A stretch of 64,000 bases of DNA from the IMG/VR virus record IMGVR_UViG_638275431_000001, positions 83,196-147,195 of that record; one strand, 5' to 3'. Shown one piece after another: positions 22,037 through 30,421 of the stretch. Made by a program: the position numbers and the translations under genes. The stretch is from a virus. Lineage: Duplodnaviria; Heunggongvirae; Uroviricota; Caudoviricetes; Straboviridae. The notes beneath the pieces were generated by a model, which was given only the letters and a program-made list of their open reading frames with translations, did not search any database and had not been told where the DNA came from. How positions within the stretch are numbered: position 1 is the first letter of the stretch; each line of letters begins with the position of its first letter.

Positions 22037-22065
22037 ATCATAACACATAGCCCATCATTGTACAA
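22037..22065 (-). promoter_or_regulatory. Early promoter (TTGTACA-N16-TATGAT)
   Basis: Matches a motif recurring at 22901, 37256, 42109, 44162 and 49793, each upstream of a leftward gene. Confidence 0.7.
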
Positions 22066-22067
22066 CA

Positions 22068-22826
22068 CTATTTTATGAATTGTTGACGCTGGTTTTTGAT
22101 CAACCGATCTTTGATTTTTTCCGTAAGCAGACGAACTCGATGCATTTTGCCCGGGTCAGCAATGTATCCGTGTTCAAAAATCACTATCTTTGAATATTTG
22201 TCGTTATGTTGTGTTTCAGAAAAAGTAATCGGTAATGCTGAAGCATAAACGAATGAATCGACTGAGGCATTGAGCAAAATTCCGCCAGATGAGATTATGG
22301 AAATTGCAGCTCGTTCATATTCGTTTTTTACAATTTTTACAAATTTTTCGATGTCGAATTCTCGGTCATCAGCAAATCGAGCATACATTAAACATAAAAT
22401 AGCTTTAGCGTACCACTGTGCTTTGTTGTAATCGATACCGTCATCTGGATAGTCACGCAGTTTTGCAAGATGCGCAAGAGCCATTTTCTTTTTGAATTCA
22501 CGTCTGAGTTCGAGCAGAGTATCGATTACGTCACGTAGATTATGGCCATTGAGGTTGAAATCGCCGAAATAGTTACGCAAAATCGTCGGATACATCAGGG
22601 AATACGACGATTCCCATATCGGGCCGTCAATTGCAACTGGATAAGTTGTTGCGGTGTACATCAAATCATGAAATTGGATTTGAAACCGCACATTACGGTT
22701 CTTGGATGTGTGACGAATTGGCGAATTTGGGTCAGTGAACATTTTCTTGGCATCAGCGACAAGCACTTTGCCTTCGATGGCTTGACTATTTTCCAAAATC
22801 GTATTTTCTAATGCCGATTTCAGCAT
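22068..22826 (-). CDS. Stand-alone degenerate family-B DNA polymerase palm/fingers-like protein
   Basis: SSYSLMYPTI (cf. DFxSLYPSI), GHNLRDVIDTLLELRREFKKKM (fingers helix), QWYAKAILCLMYA (cf. QxxxKxxxNSxYG), LNASVDSFVY (cf. YGDTDSIFV), in the correct order. Confidence 0.6.
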   Translation of the reverse strand: MLKSALENTILENSQAIEGKVLVADAKKMFTDPNSPIRHTSKNRNVRFQIQFHDLMYTATTYPVAIDGPIWESSYSLMYPTILRNYFGDFNLNGHNLRDVIDTLLELRREFKKKMALAHLAKLRDYPDDGIDYNKAQWYAKAILCLMYARFADDREFDIEKFVKIVKNEYERAAISIISSGGILLNASVDSFVYASALPITFSETQHNDKYSKIVIFEHGYIADPGKMHRVRLLTEKIKDRLIKNQRQQFIK

Positions 22827-22900
22827 AATTTCCTCACTTTCGATTAGGAAGATTCCTTAATTATTCGGAACCTTGTGAATTGTTCAAAGTTGGCAAAGCC

Positions 22901-22930
22901 ATCATAATACGTTTTTCTAGAAATGTAAAC
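22901..22930 (-). promoter_or_regulatory. Early promoter (GTTTACA-N17-TATGAT) driving the accessory island
   Basis: T4-type GTTTAC -35 element directly after the hoc terminator. Confidence 0.75.
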
Positions 22931-22956
22931 AAAAAAGGAGCCCGAAGGCTCCTTTT
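22931..22956 (-). terminator. Intrinsic terminator after hoc
   Basis: Minus strand ggagcc-ttcg-ggctcc-tttttt. Confidence 0.85.
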
Positions 22957-23488
22957 ACTTGGTATAAGCAGATGCTTTGTAAATGTACCCGTTACGGGAT
23001 TCTTGCATCAAGCATTCGCCGTATTCCTCCACCGCTCGGTCAATCGAGAAAGTAATGATTGGCCAAGGACTTTCTGCAGGTGTTTGACGCCATGTTGGAT
23101 TCGCTACCATCCAGTCATGCACCCAGTACGGAACGCAAGAGAAACTCGAGTTTTTGAAAGCCAAGGGGCGAACGAACCGGGGCTTTCCGTCAAGTGCGGG
23201 TACTTCTTCAACAGTCACGACACTCTCGGCCGCAAGAACAACTGGCTCAGCACCGTCGTCAGCAAGAGCATATGTCACATTGCATTTTACAGTAAACGAA
23301 CCGGCTGAATCAAAGGTTTTTCTAAAAGTAGTTGATGTTTCTCCGCTTTGAGCAACGTCGTCAACAAGCCATTCGTAACCAACAACTTCCTTTACCGTCT
23401 CATCCCCGCTAAAAGTAACGGTAAAGTCAACATTACTACCTTCCAAAACGGATGGATCAAGAGGAGAGATAGAAGCAGTAATTGCCAT
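22955..23488 (-). CDS. hoc: Head outer capsid protein Hoc (single Ig-like domain)
   Basis: N-terminal Ig/PKD-like strands (YEWLVDDVAQSGETSTTF...GSFTVKCNVT); C-terminal VPYWVHDWM...ESRNGYIYK capsid-binding motif. Confidence 0.88.
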   Translation of the reverse strand: MAITASISPLDPSVLEGSNVDFTVTFSGDETVKEVVGYEWLVDDVAQSGETSTTFRKTFDSAGSFTVKCNVTYALADDGAEPVVLAAESVVTVEEVPALDGKPRFVRPLAFKNSSFSCVPYWVHDWMVANPTWRQTPAESPWPIITFSIDRAVEEYGECLMQESRNGYIYKASAYTK

Positions 23489-23530
23489 ATTGTTTTTTCC
23501 TTAAACAAAAGAAGGGGTCTATGACCCCGT

Positions 23531-24232
23531 TTATGAAATAACGATAAATTTGCTATTTCGTGATTCACGAATGGCAACAGAACCATCTCGCTCAATGTAA
23601 AATGCCAATGACTTCAACAGCTCTTTGTCATATGGGCATTCTGCAATTTCAATTTTCCAATTTCTTCCCTGCATCCAATCGTGAATCCAATACGGAACAT
23701 TAATAAATGCACGACTTTCTGGCCCGATCAGTCGATATTTTGGCACATAGTCTTCAGGGAATGACAAAACAAAATCAGAAACCGGTTTTTCTTCTAGTTG
23801 AGTAGTTGTCTCAGTTGCTGTAGGGGCTTCAATTTTCAACTCGGAAAACGGAATGGCCGGTTTTTCTTCTACTTGGTCTTGATCGACAATTTCAACCGAC
23901 GGTTCAGCGGCAACATGCTGCTCTGTTGTTTCAGGCGTTTCATCTTCAATATCCATTTTATCAGGGTCAAGTTCAATCCCCTTCGATAGGTCAACTCGTT
24001 CTCCCATATCGATAGTTTCTTTAGCATCTCCAGCTTCCGCACGGGCAGCCTCGAATTTAGCATTAACTGCAGATTCAAAATCGTTCATCATATTTTCAAA
24101 CGATTTGTTTCTGACGAGTTTAATGTCATAATTCTTGAGAGCATAATCTGCTAGTTTTTTCTTGCCTTCTGTAGTAGAAAGAGAACCAAACTGAGATTCG
24201 ATATCAGAGCGACTAAAAAGTTTCTGTTTCAT
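23531..24232 (-). CDS. inh: Inhibitor of prohead protease Inh
   Basis: KKKLADYALKNYDIKLVRNKSFENMM; C-terminal VPYWIHDWM...IRESRN. Confidence 0.9.
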   Translation of the reverse strand: MKQKLFSRSDIESQFGSLSTTEGKKKLADYALKNYDIKLVRNKSFENMMNDFESAVNAKFEAARAEAGDAKETIDMGERVDLSKGIELDPDKMDIEDETPETTEQHVAAEPSVEIVDQDQVEEKPAIPFSELKIEAPTATETTTQLEEKPVSDFVLSFPEDYVPKYRLIGPESRAFINVPYWIHDWMQGRNWKIEIAECPYDKELLKSLAFYIERDGSVAIRESRNSKFIVIS

Positions 24233-24245
24233 GGTGATTCCTTTG

Positions 24246-24253
24246 TATAAATA
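24246..24253 (+). promoter_or_regulatory. T4 late promoter consensus TATAAATA upstream of uvsW
   Basis: Exact consensus. An opposite-strand CTTAAATA at 24267-24274 could drive inh. Confidence 0.75.
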
Positions 24254-24283
24254 AAACTATATGACTTATTTAAGAGACGTTTA

Positions 24284-25771
24284 ATGATAAATATTGTATT
24301 TGAAAACTACAGTTTTGCCAAGGTTGTTTGTGAAGACTCGATCTTCTATGAAATGCGGGAGTATTTTTCATTTAAAGCAGATGGCTATCAATTTTCTCCG
24401 CGTTTCAAGTGTGGAGGTTGGTCTGGTGACATATTCCTACTAGGATATGATCATTTGCTTCCTTATGGACTAGTCACTCAAGCAATAAAGTTTGCCGAGC
24501 AGAACGATTATAAAATAGTTGTTGACCCGTTAATCACGGAAAGACAAAATATTTCACGTTCTGAATTTGATGCATGGGTAAACAGCAAAGATATTTATTC
24601 TGGTAACAACAAAATCACTCCTCACTGGTATCAGGCTGATGCCGTATATGAGGGGATATGCTCAAAAAGAAAATTGCTAAATTTGCCTACGTCTGCTGGT
24701 AAATCGCTGATTCAAGCATTGCTGTCTCTGTGGTATTTGGAAAATTACAAAGGCAAAGTTCTTGTCATAGTTCCAACGACATCTCTTGTCAACCAGATGA
24801 TTGATGACTTTGTCGATTACCGTCTTTTCCCTCGAGAAGCCATGTTAGGGATAAAAAGTGGGACCGTAAAAGATTCGAATGCTTTGATATATGTTTCTAC
24901 TTGGCAATCTGCAATTAAGCAGAAAAAAGAATGGTTTGATCAATTCGGCTGTGTTATGAACGACGAGTGCCATCTATCAACCGGGACATCAATAAAGAAA
25001 ATCATCGAATCCGTCGATCATATACCGTTTAAATACGGTTTGTCTGGTTCTCTGCGAGATGGAAAAGCAAACATTTTGCAATATGTTGGAATGTTCGGGG
25101 ATATATTTAGACCAGTAACAACGAAACAGCTCATGGAAGAGGGCCAAGTGTGTGATTTGCAAGTTAAAGCAATCCAACTGGGTTATTCGAACGAAGATCG
25201 AACTTCTGCCAGAAAATTTTCTTACGATGAAGAAATAAAATTTATCACGAATCATACGAAAAGAAATAAAGTTGTATGTTCGATGGCTAAAAAAATTGCG
25301 GATAAAAATGAAAATGCATTTGTAATGTTTCGCCTGAAAGCACATGGGCAAGCTTTGTACAACGTACTTAAAAAGATTCATGACCCAGGTAAGGTGCATT
25401 TTATATCAGGAGATACAGACACCGAAATCCGCGATCAAATGAAAATCATCGCCGAAGGTGGAACTGGTCATGTTTTCGTAGCTTCGTACGGTGTTTTCTC
25501 AACTGGTGTATCAATCAAAAATTTGCATCATATCATTTTTGCACACCCTGTTAAATCAAAGGTAACTGTTCTCCAAACTATTGGACGAGTTCTGAGAAAG
25601 CACTCATCCAAGAGTATTGCTACAGTATGGGACATTATTGACGATATCGGGATAATCAATGCTCATGGGAAATACCCAAAGAAAAATTACGCCCTGACGC
25701 ACGCGATAGAACCCATTGAAAGATATGGGTCAGAAAAATTCAATTACACTTTGCACAAAATTTCTTTATAG
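24284..25771 (+). CDS. uvsW: UvsW SF2 helicase
   Basis: PHWYQ, LPTSAGKS, NDECH, ASYGVFSTGVSIKNLH, QTIGRVLR. Confidence 0.96.
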   Translation: MINIVFENYSFAKVVCEDSIFYEMREYFSFKADGYQFSPRFKCGGWSGDIFLLGYDHLLPYGLVTQAIKFAEQNDYKIVVDPLITERQNISRSEFDAWVNSKDIYSGNNKITPHWYQADAVYEGICSKRKLLNLPTSAGKSLIQALLSLWYLENYKGKVLVIVPTTSLVNQMIDDFVDYRLFPREAMLGIKSGTVKDSNALIYVSTWQSAIKQKKEWFDQFGCVMNDECHLSTGTSIKKIIESVDHIPFKYGLSGSLRDGKANILQYVGMFGDIFRPVTTKQLMEEGQVCDLQVKAIQLGYSNEDRTSARKFSYDEEIKFITNHTKRNKVVCSMAKKIADKNENAFVMFRLKAHGQALYNVLKKIHDPGKVHFISGDTDTEIRDQMKIIAEGGTGHVFVASYGVFSTGVSIKNLHHIIFAHPVKSKVTVLQTIGRVLRKHSSKSIATVWDIIDDIGIINAHGKYPKKNYALTHAIEPIERYGSEKFNYTLHKISL

Positions 25772-25781
25772 GAGGGATGCA

Positions 25782-26015
25782 ATGGGAATGTTTCAGCAAT
25801 TTATAGCAGAAGCAACAGTGGATTCATTTATGTCAAAAATTGCAGCATGCCAAACAGCAGAAGGACTAGATGAGCTAGAAAAATATTACAACAAGCGAGT
25901 TAAAGAAGTTGAATTAAAACCAACTGATGATATTTCGGTTCGCGACGCTATCGCAGGTCGTAGAAGCGAATTCGAAAATGCTAAAGAAGACAGTGAACCG
26001 CCTGAAGACTTTTAA
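25782..26015 (+). CDS. uvsW.1: UvsW.1
   Basis: FMSKIAACQTAEGLDELEKYYNKRVKEVELKPTDDISVRDAIAGRR; RBS GGAGG. Confidence 0.9.
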   Translation: MGMFQQFIAEATVDSFMSKIAACQTAEGLDELEKYYNKRVKEVELKPTDDISVRDAIAGRRSEFENAKEDSEPPEDF

Positions 26016-26050
26016 TACAACAAAGGGACTGCATTGCAGTCCCTTTGTAG

Positions 26051-26215
26051 TTATACCAGAAGTTCAGTTTCTTCAAGAATTCCGGTGGATTCCGAAAGAG
26101 GCAAATTTTCGGCGTAGTGCGCGCAAGGTCCAGGATGAGTAAGCCCATAACCGGTTTTAACTGCCAGTGCTTTAGCAACTGGTTGTTTACATACTACGCA
26201 AATTTCATCGTTCAT
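26051..26215 (-). CDS. uvsY.-2: UvsY.-2-like small protein (not in the supplied ORF track)
   Basis: Manual translation MNDEICVVCKQPVAKALAVKTGYGLTHPGPCAHYAENLPLSES..., matching T4 ICVVCKTPI...VHPGPC. Confidence 0.85.
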   Translation of the reverse strand: MNDEICVVCKQPVAKALAVKTGYGLTHPGPCAHYAENLPLSESTGILEETELLV

Positions 26216-26216
26216 T

Positions 26217-26690
26217 TTATTCTCCAATTACGTCCAAAGCGATAGGGATGTATACTTCGATCTGTTTTTTCAACGAAGCAGCGTCAGGGATAGACCATTT
26301 TCCATCTTTCACACCGGCTGACAGCTGTGCCATGAGTTTTCCGGTGATAAGATTGGTATTTGGGCCATGCACCCGGTAAAGGTCTAGCACAGCTTTACCA
26401 TTGACGACCGAGTTATATTGTTCGTCAGTAATGGCTTGAGGAATAAACTGGGAAAGAAGCGCTTCTTCTCGATATGCGTTGGCAAGGTCATATTGATTGT
26501 ATTTTTGAGCAATACGCTCGCGAATTCCCTTCAAAAGGGAATTGATTACTTTGATAACTGCAGCGTCGGAATTATCTCGAGTTTGCTGGACCTGGCCGAT
26601 TACTAGACCAAGAAGATTTGCAGCTTTAGCACCATCAGAGCCAAGCTTACGAAAAGACATACGGACTTCTTCAATTTTATCGATGATCAT
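26217..26690 (-). CDS. GatB/YqeY-domain protein
   Basis: Helical KAANLLGLVIGQVQQ...DAAVIKVINSLLKGIRE...REEALLSQFIPQAIT pattern. Confidence 0.65.
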   Translation of the reverse strand: MIIDKIEEVRMSFRKLGSDGAKAANLLGLVIGQVQQTRDNSDAAVIKVINSLLKGIRERIAQKYNQYDLANAYREEALLSQFIPQAITDEQYNSVVNGKAVLDLYRVHGPNTNLITGKLMAQLSAGVKDGKWSIPDAASLKKQIEVYIPIALDVIGE

Positions 26691-26779
26691 GTTTTACTCT
26701 CCTTTAGTGTTGAGGCTAGTATCACACTATAAATCGATAGTTTAACAGTAAAATCTGGCTTCCAGGTTTTGGCCTTGCC

Positions 26780-26828
26780 AAAACTTATCCTTTATGGCTT
26801 AATAGATATTATAACTAAAAGGATAAAA
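26780..26828 (+). repeat. Intergenic 49-bp conserved repeat, copy 2 (structured unit ~26752-26865)
   Basis: Identical core. It also shares CTGGCTTCCAGGTTTTGGCC(T/C)TGCC upstream with copy 3. Confidence 0.97.
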
Positions 26829-26972
26829 ATTAACGAGCAAGCTCGTTGGAGCCCATGGGCTCCAGTATTGTTTTTACATCCCGTTTCCTGGAGTATCTTA
26901 TTCTTTTCAGCAATTCAACTGACTTTTTATTTATGCTGTTTCCCAGGTGACTTTTTTCTTGTAATTTGATAC

Positions 26973-26995
26973 AAAAAAGCCCTCCGAAGAGGGCT
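26973..26995 (-). terminator. Intrinsic terminator after gp25
   Basis: Minus strand agccctc-ttcg-gagggct-tttttt. Confidence 0.8.
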
Positions 26996-26998
26996 AAA

Positions 26999-27382
26999 TT
27001 AATTTGAAAGCTTCATTTTTATTTCGTCTATCACTGCTGGATTATCGATAATCGAAAATCGAATTGTAACAATTAGTTCATTATTATCGTAATTTCCGGT
27101 TGAGTCGACTTGAAGGTTGTATACGCGTGGCTCAAAGTTTCGTATAGCCGTTTGAATATTTCGTCTAACCGTGTCTATCACCAACGGTGTAATGTTTTCA
27201 AATAGCTGATCTGGTAAGTCGCAACCAAAGTATGGGTTAAATGGTCTCGCACCAATGGGAGTAGAAACTATCCCTATGATAGAATTTTTTACAGCACGAG
27301 CTCCTCTTGTCATTAACACATCATTGTCCCATGATTTGTTGAAATCTGGGTCAAGATCTGTATAAAGCAGATTTATGTTCAT
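26999..27382 (-). CDS. gp25: Baseplate wedge subunit gp25
   Basis: LYTDLDPDF...AVKNSIIGIVSTPIGARPFNPYFG...AIRNFEPRV. Confidence 0.95.
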   Translation of the reverse strand: MNINLLYTDLDPDFNKSWDNDVLMTRGARAVKNSIIGIVSTPIGARPFNPYFGCDLPDQLFENITPLVIDTVRRNIQTAIRNFEPRVYNLQVDSTGNYDNNELIVTIRFSIIDNPAVIDEIKMKLSN

Positions 27383-27984
27383 TTTACCCCCAGTGAATCT
27401 AATAATTTACTAGCACCATTTATAACCGCTGGGTATTGATTTCCGCATTCGCATTCAATTGGAACTGCAGCATATACCTGTGGAGATTGAAGTTTTTCTA
27501 CGATAGCTTCGATATCTGAAAACGTCAAATGCTTAAATAAAATGTCTTTTTCGTTTTCTGTTGAATTTTCCCACTTGAATAGCTGATCTGCATATTCAAA
27601 TGACACGATACACCTGTCTATCATCTCAAACATATCCCGATCTTCAAACATCATCGGGTATCTCATATTGATAACCATTCCGCCGGCAACATGTGATAGC
27701 CCCAATCCGTCAGAAACACAGACATTGTCGGGATGCACTTCAAACTTATTTTCTTTGTGACATAACGTACACTCTGATTTCATTTTGATGACTTTTTTCT
27801 TTGAGATCGCTATCAATTTGATGAGAGCTTGCTCAGTTAGATGTTTCGGTAACGGCTGACCTATTTTATTGAAAATGATTTTCGGAATCATTTCATCTGT
27901 GTCATTTATGATAGACAGATATTCGCGCACCGACAACATAGTAGTTTCTACTTGCTTATTTCCAACTGTGATTTTAATGTCCAT
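27379..27984 (-). CDS. gp26: Baseplate hub assembly protein gp26
   Basis: RBS AGGAGG before ATG 27984; CxxC pairs (ECTLC, ECECG); divergent from gp51. Confidence 0.85.
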   Translation of the reverse strand: MDIKITVGNKQVETTMLSVREYLSIINDTDEMIPKIIFNKIGQPLPKHLTEQALIKLIAISKKKVIKMKSECTLCHKENKFEVHPDNVCVSDGLGLSHVAGGMVINMRYPMMFEDRDMFEMIDRCIVSFEYADQLFKWENSTENEKDILFKHLTFSDIEAIVEKLQSPQVYAAVPIECECGNQYPAVINGASKLLDSLGVK

Positions 27985-28000
27985 ACAGTCCTCCTGAATG

Positions 28001-28010
28001 TATTTAAATA
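28001..28010. promoter_or_regulatory. Palindromic late-promoter-like box TATTTAAATA between divergent gp26 and gp51
   Basis: Perfect palindrome that reads TTTAAATA on both strands. Confidence 0.5.
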
Positions 28011-28032
28011 ACCTAAAAGGAGTGTATCTATT

Positions 28033-28782
28033 ATGAATATAATCCGCATAAAGCTTCCGAGCGGCACGCACAGATTTAAACCGATAACAGTTTCAGAATA
28101 TCGTGATTTATTATTGATCAGAAATGAGATGAGAAGTAAACCTTTAGAGAAATCTGAGATATTTTCCGACTTGCTCGAAGAAATGTTTCCGGATTATACG
28201 CCGTTTGAACGTGAACATATTTTTCTGATAGTTTTTTCTGGAAGTTTGGGCAAATCGCTTGTAGATGCAACTTTCACTTGCCCACACTGTAAGTCAATGC
28301 ACAATCTTAGATTGAAGTTGACACAAGAGCCACTAAAAACTCCAGAGTTACAAGTAAACAATATAACGTTCAAATTTCGTATGCCTCGTAAATCAGGTTC
28401 ACCTGACGAACTCTTCTATGAGACTGTTGATAGGATATATGACGGGCACAACGAATACACCTGGGATGAACTGGGTGACGATGAGCGCAGTCAATTGGTT
28501 GATATGATTTCATACGAAGAATTTGTTGAACTATCGAAATCATTCAACCCGATTTTAGTAAATCAAAAAATCAGATGTTGTAAAGATTATGACATCAATT
28601 TTACTAATATGCTCGATTTGTTTGAGGTTTTGGTTAATCCTGATGAAATTTTTAATTTCTACAAGATAAACAGAGCGCTAGTAAGACATGACTATTCTCT
28701 GGCCGACATAATGAATATGCTACCAGTTGAAAGGTCCATTGTTCTCAGCCTGGTGGAAAAAGAATTAAAGGAGAAAAATTAA
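28033..28782 (+). CDS. gp51: Baseplate hub assembly catalyst gp51
   Basis: MNIIRIKLPSGTHRFKPITVSEY, CPHC, EIFNFYKINRAL...MLPVERSIVLSL. Confidence 0.9.
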   Translation: MNIIRIKLPSGTHRFKPITVSEYRDLLLIRNEMRSKPLEKSEIFSDLLEEMFPDYTPFEREHIFLIVFSGSLGKSLVDATFTCPHCKSMHNLRLKLTQEPLKTPELQVNNITFKFRMPRKSGSPDELFYETVDRIYDGHNEYTWDELGDDERSQLVDMISYEEFVELSKSFNPILVNQKIRCCKDYDINFTNMLDLFEVLVNPDEIFNFYKINRALVRHDYSLADIMNMLPVERSIVLSLVEKELKEKN

Positions 28783-29897
28783 TGTTACAACGCGCTGGTT
28801 ATCCCAATGTCTCCATAAAACTTTACCAGAACTATGATGCCTGGATGGAGAATAGGTTTATCGAATTGGCAGCAACTTTTATTACCATGACCATGAGAGA
28901 TGGCCTAACTAATGGTATAAATGAAGGGTTGCTGCAAATTTATGACTCAAACGGTTTACAGACACGTTTGACTGGTGATGAAATAATCCAAACATCTCTC
29001 AAAACAGCTAACACTGAAATAACTTATAACCGGTTGTATGGCATCAAACATCTTTCCGCAAACGTAGATATGAAAGGTGACAATATCATAACATTCCAGT
29101 TGGGTTCATTACATTCGGTGCGCAATCTCAAGTTTAGCAGAATGTTTACAAATGATGCTGTAGCATCCGTGAACGAGATGATTGGCTATTTGTATTCTGG
29201 AACTCCCAAACTCGCACCGACAATCGATTCGATTGGCACTAGAGTACCAATGACAAATTGGGTGTTGGACATAAATGCGTACTACAAGTTTGTTAGACGT
29301 CATGGCCAAACAACCGGATACGAAAGTGTTCCATTGATTTGGGAAGATATGCTAGGCATTCACATGTCAGATTTTGAATCTATTAGCAAAAATGATCCGA
29401 TACAATATGTCGTGACGGAGCCACGTTTGTTTGGTGAAACTATTGCGATGGTAGATAAAAAAATATGCTTTGATTTTGAATGGTTGACAAAAGCAAACGC
29501 GTATACCCGTAACCCATACGAGAATACCTCGTTTTATGCCCACTCGTTCATAGACAAAATGCAAACTCGGGTTGTTACTGGCGAAGGGCTAAATTCAGTT
29601 TGTATTAGTCGTTCTGGCGCATATTACGACCAAATAAGCCGGCCCGGTGCCGAAGAGTACAATAGGTCTCTTATATTTTCAGAATATGACGCATATTGCA
29701 CAGCAAAAACATATGGAGAATTTGGTCTCGTGCCAGGAATGCGTTTGGAATTCTACGATCAAAAGAATCAATTTAGAGGCGAGTATTTCGTTGACGAAGT
29801 TATACATGAAATAAGCAGAGAGCAATCTATAACAAATATGTATCTTTTCAACAACTCGAAAGCTCATACAGATTTTAACGAAAGGCAAATAACATGA
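28782..29897 (+). CDS. gp27: Baseplate hub subunit gp27
   Basis: MLQRAGYPNVSIKLYQNYDAWMENRFIELAATF. Confidence 0.93.
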   Translation: MLQRAGYPNVSIKLYQNYDAWMENRFIELAATFITMTMRDGLTNGINEGLLQIYDSNGLQTRLTGDEIIQTSLKTANTEITYNRLYGIKHLSANVDMKGDNIITFQLGSLHSVRNLKFSRMFTNDAVASVNEMIGYLYSGTPKLAPTIDSIGTRVPMTNWVLDINAYYKFVRRHGQTTGYESVPLIWEDMLGIHMSDFESISKNDPIQYVVTEPRLFGETIAMVDKKICFDFEWLTKANAYTRNPYENTSFYAHSFIDKMQTRVVTGEGLNSVCISRSGAYYDQISRPGAEEYNRSLIFSEYDAYCTAKTYGEFGLVPGMRLEFYDQKNQFRGEYFVDEVIHEISREQSITNMYLFNNSKAHTDFNERQIT

Positions 29898-30421
29898 AAC
29901 CAAAATTGAACATTATCCCTGCTGTTAAGAACATAAAAGTCAATGGAAAAGAGATCACTATTCCAAAACTTGGATTCAGACATATTAAATTGCTGAAAGA
30001 TATGCAGGGTGTAGACTCATGTATGATCGAATTGCTTGATTCTATTCGCCCGGGTTTGACTGCCGCTGAAGCGGACATGGTAATTTTGCATCTGTTGGCA
30101 TTCAACAAAAAGTTGCCGACTGTTCAAACCATTAACGGCTTTGACGTTGATATTGATAAAGCTTATATTAGCGCAAAATACGAATTCGAGCTAAACGGCA
30201 ATATTCTGTATTTCAAACCTCCCATGATAACTGATACGTTTGTATCGAAATTGGACATACTGACCAAGCAATATGATAAAGAAAAAAGCGGGTTTGACTT
30301 TAATTTCGAAGATGCGCCTGCATTTGTATTGGATTGGGCAGATTTTATAGTTTCTACTATTTCACTTGATACACCATTTGGCAAAATAAATGGTGGCTCA
30401 AACATTATTGGAATAATTTAA
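29894..30421 (+). CDS. gp28: Baseplate hub distal subunit gp28
   Basis: IPKLGFRHIKLLKD...AEADMVILHLLAFN; synteny. Confidence 0.9.
   Translation: MKPKLNIIPAVKNIKVNGKEITIPKLGFRHIKLLKDMQGVDSCMIELLDSIRPGLTAAEADMVILHLLAFNKKLPTVQTINGFDVDIDKAYISAKYEFELNGNILYFKPPMITDTFVSKLDILTKQYDKEKSGFDFNFEDAPAFVLDWADFIVSTISLDTPFGKINGGSNIIGII

Noticed and set aside
22955-24232. Shared VPYW.HDWM...ESRN motif between hoc and inh
   Set aside because: Known similarity between the Hoc capsid-binding domain and the Inh C-terminus in T4-like phages.
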